In this document: piece after piece, positions 20,855 to 31,907 of the stretch
Numbering within the stretch: the stretch's first letter is position 1
Layout of the letters: each line of letters begins with the position of its first letter
Assembly (NCBI GenBank): GCA_963765765.1
Contig: CAVXYC010000014.1
Span: forward strand, 160,001-224,000
Origin: an uncultured Chloroflexia bacterium
GTDB lineage: Bacteria > Chloroflexota > UBA6077 > JACCZL01
DNA: 64,000 nt
Direction of reading: 5' to 3'
The notes under the pieces: model-generated
Databases searched by the model: none
What the model was told of the DNA's origin: nothing
The model's input: only the letters and a program-made list of their open reading frames with translations
Translations under genes and position numbers: made by a program

Positions 20855-20976
20855 GGACCGCTGACATCCTGTCGCCCGACCCGCCACGGGCCGCCGGCGG
20901 ACACCTAGACTCCCGGTGTCAGGTATGTTGCGAGGCGGCCCCCTTAAGGGCCGAGCCGACAGGATGTCGGCGATCC
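20855..20976. repeat. REP-like inverted repeat
   Basis: GGACCGCTGACATCCTGTCG ... CGACAGGATGTCGGCGATCC in the divergent intergenic region. Confidence 0.6.
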
Positions 20977-21036
20977 TCTCGCCGCGGACATACTGCTCGC
21001 GGACGCGCGGCCACTCCCCGCCGTATCCTTCTCGAC

Positions 21037-21653
21037 ATGGAGCTTAACGAGCGCGCAGCAGCACTAGAGGGCGTGATCCAGGGGCGACGTTCGGTCCGGA
21101 GTTATTCTGGCCAACCCATACCGGATGTGGTGCTCAACGCGATCGTGGACGCCGGGCGTTGGGCGCCTTCGCCACATCATTCGCTGCCATTCCGCTTCGT
21201 AGTGCTTACCGGGGCGCCCGCGCGCGAGGCGCTCAGCGAGGCTATGGCCAATCAGTGGCGGCGAGACCTGGCCGGCGACGGAGTACCGGAATCGACGATC
21301 CAGACAGAGGTGGCCAAGTCACGCAAGCGACTTCTGGGCGCCGCGGCGATCATCGTGGGATGCGTCTACCTGGATCCGCTCGACACGTACCCGGACGCAA
21401 CACGCCAGCAGGCAGAGCACACGATGGCCGCGCATGCGCTTGGCGCAGCTCTGCAGAACATGATGCTTACCGCGCACGCCCACGGCCTCGGAAGCGCGTG
21501 GATGTGCGCGCCCCTTTTCTGCCCGGACACGGTGCGGCTTGCGCTTGACCTGCCCGGAACATGGATACCGCACGCGCTCATTACTCTCGGCTACGCTGCG
21601 CGGGTGCCACCGCCAGGAGCACGGCCATCAATTGAGGAAATCGTCATCCGTAA
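21037..21653 (+). CDS. fbiE: Stand-alone nitroreductase homologous to the FbiB C-terminal domain (FbiE-like dehydro-F420 reductase); stop probably lost to an indel near 21650
   Basis: RRSVR, APSPHHSLPFRFV, WRRDLAGDG, YPDATRQQAEHTMA, GSAWMCAPLFCPDTVR..LDLP..W; lies about 1 kb from cofE. Confidence 0.78.
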
Positions 21654-21745
21654 GTCAGCACCGGCTCGCCGGCAATCCAGGAGCAGAGTAATCGGCTTCC
21701 CCGCCCGTGGCCGCGATACAGACATCGCGTGTACCCTGAGTCTGC

Positions 21746-22439
21746 ATGAGCCAATCAGTTCCCCAACACCATTCGCCCGCGTTCACCGCGATTGCCGCCT
21801 TGTTCGTGACTGCGCTTATCACGGCCAATATCGTCGCGGTGAAGCTCATTGACATCGGCGGATTTGTACTCTCAGCCGCAATCGTTATCTTCCCGATCAG
21901 CTACATACTGGGCGACGTGCTGACCGAGGTGTATGGCTACGCCAGGGCGCGTCGGGTCATCTGGCTCGGGTTTGGCTGTAATCTGTTGGCCGGCCTCGCG
22001 ATCATGGCAGCCGGGGCGTTGCCTCCAGCAGCGTTCTGGGCCGAGAACCAGAAGGCGTACGACACGATTCTGGGCGTGGCGCCACGAATACTTATCGGAT
22101 CCTTCGCAGCGTATCTCGTGGGCGAATTCGCCAACGCTGTCGTCCTGGCGCGGATGAAAGTCGCCACCGATGGTCGGCATCTCTGGGCCCGGACCATAGG
22201 ATCCACAATCGTCGGGCAGGGGCTGGACTCGCTGGTGTTCGTTTCCATCGCCTTCATGGGCATCATTCCTGGCGATGTGCTCTGGATGACGATCGTCAAC
22301 CAATGGCTTGCCAAAACTGCCTACGAAACCGTTGCCACGCCACTCACCTATGTGGTGGTGGGTTGGCTAAAGCGCATTGAGGGAGTCGACGTTCTATGAC
22401 CGCCAAACGAGCTTCAATCCGCTCACGCTGGTGGACTAG
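21746..22439 (+). CDS. Queuosine precursor transporter (YhhQ/COG1738) (frameshift near 22393)
   Basis: ANIVAVKL, FPISYILGDVLTEVYGYARAR, LWARTIGSTIVGQGLDS; the shifted frame ends DVYDRQTSFNP. Confidence 0.88.
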
Positions 22440-22512
22440 ACGGCGGACCACTCATCCAGAACAGACCATCCTCAGCGTACCTACACTAAACCTCGTACAT
22501 GATGTGCGACTT

Positions 22513-22530
22513 TGTAAGTAATCACTTACA
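22513..22530. promoter_or_regulatory. Palindromic operator candidate
   Basis: TGTAAGT-AATC-ACTTACA, an AT-rich perfect inverted repeat upstream of the VOC gene. Confidence 0.45.
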
Positions 22531-22582
22531 CTGCGCGGAGTGCGTGAGCTAGCGTGTCTAGAATATCCTCGGGAGGCCATCT

Positions 22583-23369
22583 ATGCCTGTTGTGACCAGT
22601 TACAAGCAAGGAACGCCCTGTTGGGTCGATCTGGCAACAACCGACGAGGCCGGCGCCATCGCCTTCTATGGCGGGCTATTTGGCTGGACGGAAGAGGCCA
22701 TGCCAATGGGCCCAGATCAGTACTACCACATGTTCTCCCTCAAGGGGAGCACCGTAGCCGGCATGTATAAGCAGGGTCCTGAGATGGGCGACCACCCTCC
22801 GTACTGGGCCACGTACATCGCAGTGGACAATGCTGATGAAGCCGGGCAAGCGCGCGACGGACGAAGGCGGCAAGGTGGTCATGGAACCGTCGGACGTTAC
22901 GATTCTGGCCGAATGGTGATGATCCAGGACCCACAGGGAGCCTTCGTTGCACTGTGGCAGGCTAAGAACCACATCGGTTCGCAGATCGTCAACGAGCCGG
23001 GCTCCGTGGCCTGGAGCGAGCTCATGACGACCGACTCCAACGCCGCAGGCGAGTTTTACAGTAAGGTGCTCGGCGTCGAGGCCGCGAAGATGCCCATGCC
23101 CGGCATGGTCTACACGCTGCTCAAGGTTGACGGCCATGAGGTCGCCGGAGTGATGGACATCATCGCCGGAGATGGGTCCGATGCCGCCGCACTGGAGCGT
23201 GTATTTCGCCGTGGATGACACCGACGCGATGACTTCCAAGGCGGAGTCGCTGGGCGCGAAGGTCATGGTGCCGCCATCCGACATCCCCGAGGTGGGACGC
23301 TTCGCGGTGCTTCAGGATCCGCAGGGCGCCGTGTTCAACATCATCAGGGTGAACAACTCTCCGCAATAG
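22583..23369 (+). CDS. Two-domain VOC/glyoxalase family protein (Cfp30B-like), frameshifted
   Basis: GTPCWVDLATTD...FYGGLFGW, DPQGAFVALWQ, NEPGSVAWSEL; completed by ORF 23172-23369 (WSVYFAVDD...DPQGAVF). Confidence 0.88.
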
Positions 23370-23386
23370 GGATCTAGGACGACAAA

Positions 23387-23425
23387 CAAAAGGCGGGACG
23401 AGGTGATTCCTCGTCCCGCCTTTTG
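23387..23425. terminator. Intrinsic (possibly bidirectional) terminator
   Basis: CAAAAGGCGGGACGA-GGTGATTCC-TCGTCCCGCCTTTTG. Confidence 0.75.
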
Positions 23426-23517
23426 ATTGCCGCTGAATTTGGCCACTTCGAGATGAATTCTCGCGGTCCAGGATTGTTACGATAACGCCGCGCGTCATCG
23501 ATAGGAAGGGACCAGCT

Positions 23518-23902
23518 ATGACACAGGAAGTTATTCGCCCCGCCGGCACCGGCCCGGCCACCGTTCCTCTCTCGCCCGGAATTCGGGCCAACGGATTCAT
23601 CTTCGTTTCCGGACAGACCGGCCGCAGTCCTGCCACTGGTGCTGTGCCGTGAGGGTATGGCAGCGCAGGCGACCCAGGCGCTGGAGAACATGAAGACCGT
23701 GCTCGAGGCGGGCGGGTCGTCTATGGATAAGGTCGTCAAGTGCACTGTATTCATCACCGACGTCTCGCGCTTTGGTGAGATGAACGAGGTGTATCGCACC
23801 TACTTCCCGAGCGACCGATTTCCCGCGCGTAGTACCGTGGAGGTCAGCGCGCTCGCCGGCAAGGACATGATCGTCGAAATCGAGGCGATCGCCCTTGCCT
23901 GA
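23518..23902 (+). CDS. RidA/YjgF family enamine deaminase (frameshift near 23630)
   Basis: MTQEVIRP...PFLSPGIRANGFIFVSGQTG, then QATQALENMKTVLEAGG, FGEMNEVY, PARSTV, VEIEAIA. Confidence 0.88.
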
Positions 23903-24953
23903 GCCGCCCAACCCTCTACGAGTGTTCATTGCCACGCCGCTCGAGGCAGAATTCGCCCAACAGATTGCTGATCTCGACCCTCGCATCGAGTTGATCTACC
24001 GACCGGATCTACTTGGCCCGAGCGAGTATCCTGGCGATCATTTCGGCGCGCCAATTGAGCGGACCCCGGAACAGCAGGCCGAGTGGGAGGCGTGCTTCGC
24101 GAACGCTCATGTGATCTGGGATTTCGATCGAGATCGTCCCTCGGAGCTGCTTAGTATGGCGCCCAGTCTCAGATTGGCATTCCATACCAGCTCCGGAGTC
24201 GCGGGCTGGCTCGGTCAGTCAGGGCTGATCGAGTCCGATGTGCTGGTCACCAATGCGGCCGGAATCCACGCGATACCGATGGCCGAATGGGCAATGTTTG
24301 CCATGCTGTATTTCGCGAAAAACGTTCGACGCATTCAGACGAGCCAGCGGCTGCATTATTGGGACAAGCGCTACTGTCCGGCCGAGCTAGACGGCGCTAC
24401 GCTCGCGCTCGTCGGTCTGGGCGCGGTGGGCTCTGAGATTGCCCGCCGCGCTCACCAGTTTGGCATGCGAGTTCTCGCCCACCGACGACGTACGGATGAA
24501 CCACTTCCGCCGAATGTGCCGGTCGATGAACAGTTCTCTCGTGAGCGTCTGCGGGAGATGCTCTCTCAGGCGGATTATGTAGTGCTAATTGTCGCATCTA
24601 CTGCTGAGACGATTGGCATGATCGGCCGCGAGGAGCTCGAGGCGTTGCCACCGAACGCGGTACTCATCAACCTGGCGCGCGGCGCCGTTGTTGATCAGCA
24701 GGAGCTAACTGCAGCCCTGGAGAACAACTGGATCGCCGGGGCAGCGCTGGACGTCTTCAATCCGGAGCCGCTCGAGCCCGACAGCATGCTCTGGGACCTA
24801 CCCAACGTGCTCGTGACGTCACATGCGATCAGCCATTCCCAGAACGAGAATGAGCGGCTCACGGCACTGTTCTGCAGCATCTTACGGGCCTACCTGAATG
24901 GCGATCCGATCCCGAACCTGGTGGACAAAAGGCTGGGCTATAGCCCGAGCTAG
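23895..24953 (+). CDS. D-2-hydroxyacid dehydrogenase family protein
   Basis: VTNAAGIHAIPMAE, GLGAVGSEIA, INLARGAVVD, GAALDVFNPEPL. Confidence 0.9.
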   Translation: MPEPPNPLRVFIATPLEAEFAQQIADLDPRIELIYRPDLLGPSEYPGDHFGAPIERTPEQQAEWEACFANAHVIWDFDRDRPSELLSMAPSLRLAFHTSSGVAGWLGQSGLIESDVLVTNAAGIHAIPMAEWAMFAMLYFAKNVRRIQTSQRLHYWDKRYCPAELDGATLALVGLGAVGSEIARRAHQFGMRVLAHRRRTDEPLPPNVPVDEQFSRERLREMLSQADYVVLIVASTAETIGMIGREELEALPPNAVLINLARGAVVDQQELTAALENNWIAGAALDVFNPEPLEPDSMLWDLPNVLVTSHAISHSQNENERLTALFCSILRAYLNGDPIPNLVDKRLGYSPS

Positions 24954-24961
24954 AGCGAGAG

Positions 24962-25040
24962 GGCGGAGAGGTCACAGGCTAGAGGTCAGGGAAGTCATGG
25001 AGATCGGAGCCTGTCCCTGACCTCACGCCTCGCCTCTCCG
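24962..25040. repeat. GAGGTCA/GAGGCTA heptamer palindrome (second copy)
   Basis: GGAGAGGTCACAGGCTAGAGGTCAGGGA ... TCCCTGACCTCACGCCTCGCCTCTCC. Confidence 0.6.
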
Positions 25041-25112
25041 CGGGCAAATCGATATTCAGCTCGTACGCCCGTACCGGGATTTTCGGAACGCGCGGTCGGT
25101 GATAATGGAGCC

Positions 25113-27870
25113 ATGACCGATATTGGGGCTCCGCGAGCCGAGCCGATCGACCGATTGCGCGATGACGTGCACCTGCTCGGGACGTTGGTGGGCGAGGTCC
25201 TGCTCGAGCAGGGCGGCACGGACTTATTCGAGAGCGTTGAGCGAATCCGGCGCGGCGCCATCGCCGCCCGCTCCGCCAACCCACCAGATCCGGTGGTGTT
25301 CGATGAGCTCATTGCCTGGATCTCGACGCAGTCGACTGCCAGACTGCTGGAGATTGTGCGCGCATTTGGCGTGTACTTTCATCTCATTAACCTGGCCGAG
25401 CAGAATCACCGCTTGCGCGTCCTCCGACAGCGCGCGGCGTCCGGCCAGGAGGTGGCCCAGTCAATCGAGGCCGGCATAGAGAGCGCGCGTCGCTCGGGCC
25501 ATTCGGCGGAGCGTATCGCCGAATCGCTTGCCAGGCTCCACATTCACCCGGTGCTCACGGCGCACCCCTCGGAAACGCGTCGGCGAACCTTGCTCCAGCA
25601 CCTGGAAACGGCAACGGCACTGATCGCCCGTCTCGATGACCCCAGGCTCACTCCGAAGGAGCGGGACGGCACACTTGATGAGCTGCGTCTGCGCATCACG
25701 CTTATCTGGCAAACCAGCGAGGTTCGCCTCGAGCGGCCCTCCGTGCTTGATGAAGTGCAAAGCGTTCTGTTCGTTCTCAGCGGCCCGATGCTCCAAGCCG
25801 TGAGCGACGTTCAAAGAGAACTGGACCACTGGCACCGTGAGCTCAAAGCGCCCGGATTTGACCAGCCCCGACCGACGATCCGACTGGGCACCTGGGTAGG
25901 CGCGGATCGGGATGGCAATCCTGCCGTCACGCCCGAGGTCACACGCGCCGCTTTCCGACTGGGTCGGGTCGCAGTGATCCGCCACTATCGCGACGCCGTC
26001 ACGGCCCTGGGCCGCGACCTGAGTATCTCGGGGCGTCTCATCGGCGCGTCCGACACATTGATGGACTCCATTGCCGTGGATCTTCAAGAGCTGGGCGTGG
26101 AGCCAGTCCGCGCCTGGGCCGATGAGCCATACAGGCGCAAACTCGGCCTCATCAATGAGCGCCTGCGGCGCGCGGAGGAGGGTCGGCAGGGTGGTTTCTC
26201 GTCGGCTGACGAGCTCTTAGCGAATCTCGAGCTGATTGCCGATAGCTTGCGCGCTCACGGCGCCGGGCGTATCGCGGATGGCCCGGTTCACACGCTCATG
26301 CGCCAGGCCGAGACGTTTGGATTCCATCTCGCGGAGATGGAGATTCGCCAGCACTCCGAGCGCCACGCACGAGCCGTATCGGAGCTGCTGGGCATCATCG
26401 GCACTCCAGGCTACGTCGAGCTCTCCGAGCCTGAACGATGCGCAACTCTGGAACAACATCTTTCGGGCCCTGCCCTGGCGATCATCCCGGAGGCGCTCAC
26501 GGCCACAACGAGGGAGGTGCTGGCCACTTTCGACGCCATGCGCGACGCCCAGGAGATGTGCGGCGCTGACGCCTGCAAGACGTACGTCATCTCGATGTGC
26601 CGCTCGGTCAGTGATGTCCTGGCGGTCCTTTTCCTGGCGCGGGAAAGTGGCCTCTTCTCCTGGGACGGAAGTAATGAGGCCAGCGTGCGTCTTGACGTTG
26701 CCCCGCTCTTCGAGACAATTCAGGAGCTGCAAAACGCCGGGGAGATCATGAGCCGGCTCCTGGCGAGCCCGGCCTATCGAACCGTGCTGCGGGCGCGCGG
26801 CAATCATCAGCAGGTCATGGTTGGCTACTCCGACAGTAACAAAGACGGAGGCTACCTGGCCGCGGCCTGGGAGACGTATCGAGCCCAACAGCGGTTGGTG
26901 CAGTCGCTCGCGCCAGAAGGCGTGAGACTCACGATTTTTCACGGGCGCGGTGGAGCCATCGGTCGAGGCGGCGGCCCGTCGGCCCGCGCTGTCAGGGCGC
27001 AACCGCCGGAAGTGGCGCGAGGCGGGGAATTCAAGATGACCGAGCAGGGTGAGATCATTACGGCACGCTACTCAAACCGAGATCTCGCCGCCAGACAGCT
27101 TCAGCAAATCTCCTTCGCTCTCCTGACTGTCCTCGTAAATGACTCTGAGCAGTCACCACGGCCGGAGTGGCTTCAGATCATGGATGAGCTGTCCGAAGCA
27201 TCCCGCACGACGTATGAATCGCTCATCAAGCATACGGACGGTTTCATCACCCTTTTCCACCAGATGACGCCGTTCCCGGAGCTCGCCTCGTTGAACCTGG
27301 CATCGCGCCCGGTGAGCCGCTGGTCTTCCGATACAACCACGGCCGATTTCAGCGAGCTGCGGGCCATTCCCTGGGTCTTCAGCTGGACGCAGACTCGCAC
27401 GAATTTGCCCGGCTGGTTTGGCATCGGCACGGCTCTCACTTCAGCAATCGAGAAGCACGGTGACCAGACGCTTCAGGACATGTACCGCGAGCTGGCAGTT
27501 CTTCGCGGCAACCATAGATAACGCCCAGGTTAGCCTTGGCACAGCGGACATGGTGATGGCTCGCCAATACGCCAAGCTCGCCCAGGATGCATCCCAATTC
27601 CAGGCAGTTGATCGCGAGTATCAGCTCGCCGTGACGAGCGTGCAAAGCGTGACCGGCCACGCCACGCTGCTGGGCGATCAGTCACTGCTGGCCCGATCGA
27701 TCCGACTGCGGAATCCGTACGTGGATGCGCTCCACATGGCCCAGATCACCCTGCTTCGTCGTGTCAGGTCGTTGCCAGAGCGAGGCGAGGACAAGGAACG
27801 CGCTACACTCCTGGACGCAATTCATCATTCCATCAACGGCATTGCCGCGGGACTTCAGACCGCGGGCTAA
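25113..27870 (+). CDS. ppc: Phosphoenolpyruvate carboxylase (frameshift near 27495)
   Basis: VLTAHPSE, GADRDGNP, VMVGYSDSNKDGG, FHGRGGAIGRGGGP, LRAIPWVFSWTQ, RNPYVD, INGIAAGLQTAG. Confidence 0.95.
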
Positions 27871-27915
27871 TGTCGCCCGGCACGCCACACGGCTCGGGAG
27901 AGACGGAGCGTCATC

Positions 27916-29016
27916 GTGCTTCCAGGCACCGTCATCGGTCAATCCAAGTGGGACGTCGATACCCCGGCGATTTTGCTCGATCTAGACATCGTTGAGCGCA
28001 ATATCGCCGCCATGGCGGACGTATTCCGCAACTCGCCGGTGAAACTTCGTCCACACGCCAAAACGCACAAATCGCCGCATCTCGCGCTTATGCAGATCGC
28101 CGCGGGGGCCATCGGCATCACCGTCGCCAAGCTGGGCGAGGCGGAGGTCATGGCCGCGGCCGGCGTGGACAACATCCTGATCAGCTCGGAGATCGTTGGT
28201 CCCAGCAAGGTGGCTCGGCTTATTGGGCTCGCGCACCAGGTTAACGTCCTGACGGTCGTGGACGACCTAGCGGCGGCGCGCATCATCGGCGAAGCCGCCC
28301 AAACGGCGGGCGTGCGCCTGCAGACACTGATCGACCTGGACACGGGGCATCACCGAACCGGTATCAACGCCGGCACCCGGCGCTCAATCTGGCGAAGGAG
28401 GTCGCCCGCTTGCCAGGATTAGATCTCATCGGCTTGCAGGGCTATGAGGGTCACCTTCAGCACATCGAGGGCCTGGAAGAGCGGAGCAACGGTGAAGCCG
28501 AGTCGCTTGGCCAGCTAGTCGAGACGCGGCAGATTGATCGAAGCCGCCGGGATTCCGTTGTCCATCGTGAGTACCGGCGGTACGGGCACTCATCGAATTC
28601 TGGCCGCGCAAGGTGGTGTGACGGAGATCCAGGCCGGCTCCTACGTCGTGATGGATACGCATTACGCCACTATCGAGGGAGTAACGTTTGGCCACGCACT
28701 GACGTGCATGACCACAGTGCTCAGCAAGACCAAGCCCAACCGCTGCATCATCGATGCAGGCCACAAGACGCTGAGCCTCGACAGTGGGCCATCCGCTCCA
28801 AAGGATCTACCAGGCGCGCACTACATTGCCGCGGGCGATGAGCACGGCGTGATCGAGTTCGACAATGGTCATTGCCCGCTCAACGTGGGTGACCGCGTTG
28901 AGATGATTCCTCGCCACTGCGACCCCACGATCAATCTTCACGATTGGTATCACGTGACGCGGGGCGATAACGTGGTTGCGCTCTGGCCTGTGGCCGCACG
29001 AGGGCGGGTGCAATAG
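27916..29016 (+). CDS. DSD1/D-threonine aldolase-like PLP enzyme (two frameshifts, near 28375 and 28530)
   Basis: DTPA.LLDL, LRPHAKTHKS, AKLGEAE, HHRTG, QGYEGH, STGGTGT, EIQAGSYVVMD, EHG, PRHCDPTINL. Confidence 0.9.
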
Positions 29017-29135
29017 CCTGACGGATCCTTACTTACTCCACGGATAGAGCATCCGGGAGCGGATTCGCACGGCAGAAGCGTGTCACATGAATCGGGGTCC
29101 GAATACATCGATTGGTGGAGTGATACTCTCGAACC

Positions 29136-30035
29136 ATGCCGCGCATTCTTATCACCGGCGGTAACGGCCTCCTCGGCACCAAAGTCATCGAGCAAGCGCT
29201 TGCTCGACCTGAGATCGACATCATCTCGACCTCACGCGACGTCTGCCAGAACGACTATCTGGGTCAGTTCACGTTCAGCCGGCTCGATATCAGGGATGTC
29301 GATTCCGTTCAGCGCGTGTTCGACCAGCATCAGCCTGACGTGGTGATTCACACCGCGGCAATGACCAATGTCGATGCCTGTGAGAGCCATCGCGACGAAG
29401 CCTGGGCCATCAATGTGAGCGGCACCGAGCACGTGGCGCAGACCTGTCGCGACATCGGCGCGCGCCTGGTCCATCTCTCGACGGAGTATGTGTACGACGG
29501 CACAGCCGGACCGTATACGGAAACGGACCCTGTCAATCCGCTCGGCTGGTACGCAAAGACCAAATGGGAGAGCGAAGAGCGCGTGCGCGCCATAGTTGAG
29601 AATGCCGTGATCGGACGGACAACGATCATCGTCGGCCAGGCGCCGCACGTCCGTCCGAACTTCGTCTTATGGCTGGTGAACCAGCTCCGCAGCGGCCAGC
29701 CAGCGAAGATCGTGGTAGATCAGATTGGCTCGCCGACGCTCGCTGAAAACCTCGCGGAAATGGTGTTAGCCCTGGCGCTGAGCGACGCGCGCGGGGTGTA
29801 CCACACAGCCGGGGATACGGTGATCGGCCGATACGATTACGCGCGTCTCATCTGTGCCGTATTCGATATTGACTCGTCCATGTTGATACCTATTACCACC
29901 GCGGAGCTGAATCAACCGGCGCCACGTCCCCTGAAGGCTGGTCTCTTGATGGATCACTTCAAGCAAGATTTCCCCGGCGTTCACGTGCTCTCAGCCCGCG
30001 AGGGCCTGGAAGCCATCAAAGCCCAGGTGACCTAG
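29136..30035 (+). CDS. rfbD: dTDP-4-dehydrorhamnose reductase
   Basis: ITGGNGLLG, HTAAMTNVDACE, HLSTEYVYDG, NPLGWYAKTK, DQIGSPT, APRP. Confidence 0.88.
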   Translation: MPRILITGGNGLLGTKVIEQALARPEIDIISTSRDVCQNDYLGQFTFSRLDIRDVDSVQRVFDQHQPDVVIHTAAMTNVDACESHRDEAWAINVSGTEHVAQTCRDIGARLVHLSTEYVYDGTAGPYTETDPVNPLGWYAKTKWESEERVRAIVENAVIGRTTIIVGQAPHVRPNFVLWLVNQLRSGQPAKIVVDQIGSPTLAENLAEMVLALALSDARGVYHTAGDTVIGRYDYARLICAVFDIDSSMLIPITTAELNQPAPRPLKAGLLMDHFKQDFPGVHVLSAREGLEAIKAQVT

Positions 30036-30205
30036 AGGTTCCAGGACACGGCAATCGGCCTGGATACCGCGACCACTGGCATTGGTGGGGCACTGAATTT
30101 GCGGAACCTCTACCCGGGAATACGGCGGAAAGCGCTGCGTTATACTCAGCAGACTAAGATGACCACCGTGCACCTGACACGGTTGGACATGGTGGGAGAA
30201 AGCGA

Positions 30206-30528
30206 ATGACAAAGCCCGTTGCGATTCAAGATGCGACGTTTGAGCAGGAAGTGACGCAGTCGGGTACGCCCGTCTTGGTAGATTTCTGGGCAGAGTGGTG
30301 CGGTCCCTGCAAAATGATCGCCCCGGTGCTCGAGCAGATTGCCGAGGAGAAGGGCGAGGCTCTCAAGATTGCAAAGCTCGACGTCGACGCGAACACGGGC
30401 ACGGCTCAGAGCTTCGGAGTGACCGGTATTCCGACCTTGATCCTCTTCAAAGACGGCAAGCCGGTCGAGCGAATCGTTGGCTTCCTCCGAAGCCGCAGCT
30501 CCTCCGACGCATCGAGCCGCATCTCTAG
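30206..30528 (+). CDS. trxA: Thioredoxin (frameshift near 30487)
   Basis: [22 protein letters not shown]; the natural C-terminus [16 protein letters not shown] is in the other frame. Confidence 0.93.
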
Positions 30529-30753
30529 CTTCACAAGCACCAACTATGCAAGAAGCCGCGATGAATGTCGCGGCTTCTTGCATGTATTGATCGAGAGCTC
30601 GTAACAAGCGCGACGTGTCTCCGGTAGCCGGCGCTACCGGAGACACCGGCTCGGAGAGCCCCTGTCCGGCGGGTTCGCTAGATTTGCCTGTCGCACAACC
30701 CGATCGATGAATGCCCGTTCAATGATAAGCACTGCCCACCCCGGAGAACCTGT

Positions 30754-31875
30754 ATGAAGATCCCCACGCTCGCACTCACCGCGTTATGCGCGGCTTTACT
30801 TGGCGCATCCATACTGACGCCAACTGCTCGAGCGCAGTACGTCGCCCAGAGCCCCGAGTATGGCGCCAGCGCCTTTATCTTTGGTGTGCCTGAAACAACC
30901 GCGCGCGATCTGAACACTCTGACAAGCTCAGGCTTCGGCTGGGCCAAGATGATGGTTCCGTGGCGGTCCGTTGAGAACTCGTGCAAGAGCTGTCTCGACT
31001 GGTCCGACCTGGATCGCTCAGTGGTCGCTGCCAACGCCGCGGGTGTGAAGGTTCTGTTGCGCATCGACTTCTCGCCCCCGTGGGCAGCGGAAGTACAGAC
31101 GGACAACAGTCCGCCCGCCAACCCAGACGACTTCATCGACTTCATGAATCGCCTGGTGGATCGTTACCGAACCGATTCAACCATCGGCCGCGTTCATGCC
31201 GTCCAGATCTGGAACGAGCCGAATCTCACCCGGGATTGGGGTGAGAAACCCATCACGCAGCAAGCCGCGGGCGAGTATGCCTACCTGCTGAAGGAGACGT
31301 ACAAGTCGATCAAGGCAGTGGACCCGAACATCACCGTGGTTACAGCCGGACTTTCCCCGACCGCCACGATGGACGGTACGGCAGCGCCCGATGACGTCTA
31401 CCTCGACTGGCTGTTCCAGGCCGGCATCAAAGGTTACTACGACGTGCTGGGAGCACATGGCGCGGGATATGGCAACCCGCCCGAAACCGATGTCATGAGC
31501 GTTCCCGGCTATGACTATCCGGCCTTTTACTTCCGCCGCGTGGAGCAGCTTCGAGCAATCCAGGAGCGTTACGGCGATGGCGCCAAGCAGATCTGGCTTC
31601 TGGAATTCGGCTGGACAACTGACAAGGTGAACCCGGCCTACTCATGGTTTGCTGTGACACCCGAGCAACAGGCCGATTACATCATTCGAGCCTACAAGTT
31701 CGCCAGCGCCAACTGGGCGCCATGGATTGGCGTCATGTTCCTCTGGACCTTCAACGATCCACGCTGGTCGCCCGCGAACGAGCAGTACTGGTGGGCTGTC
31801 AATGAAACCGACGGCACCCCCCGACCGGCGCTTACTGCATTCAAAGAAGCGCGCGCGTCAGGAGTACTTCCTTAG
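30754..31875 (+). CDS. Secreted clan GH-A glycoside hydrolase (GH5/GH39-like)
   Basis: Signal peptide; IWNEPN acid/base and WLLEFGW nucleophile motifs. Confidence 0.8.
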   Translation: MKIPTLALTALCAALLGASILTPTARAQYVAQSPEYGASAFIFGVPETTARDLNTLTSSGFGWAKMMVPWRSVENSCKSCLDWSDLDRSVVAANAAGVKVLLRIDFSPPWAAEVQTDNSPPANPDDFIDFMNRLVDRYRTDSTIGRVHAVQIWNEPNLTRDWGEKPITQQAAGEYAYLLKETYKSIKAVDPNITVVTAGLSPTATMDGTAAPDDVYLDWLFQAGIKGYYDVLGAHGAGYGNPPETDVMSVPGYDYPAFYFRRVEQLRAIQERYGDGAKQIWLLEFGWTTDKVNPAYSWFAVTPEQQADYIIRAYKFASANWAPWIGVMFLWTFNDPRWSPANEQYWWAVNETDGTPRPALTAFKEARASGVLP

Positions 31876-31907
31876 GGGGTGAGGGGGCCAGGGACGAAAT
31901 TCCTGCA

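Noticed and set aside
20500-21852. 450-aa ORF suggesting an extended nitroreductase
   Set aside because: The N-terminal part is antisense to pgl plus a REP element; the C-terminal extension overlaps yhhQ and is explained by a lost stop near 21650
30488-30604. Thioredoxin with an unusual Ser-rich C-terminal tail
   Set aside because: The normal C-terminal helix is in the adjacent frame; single-base indel
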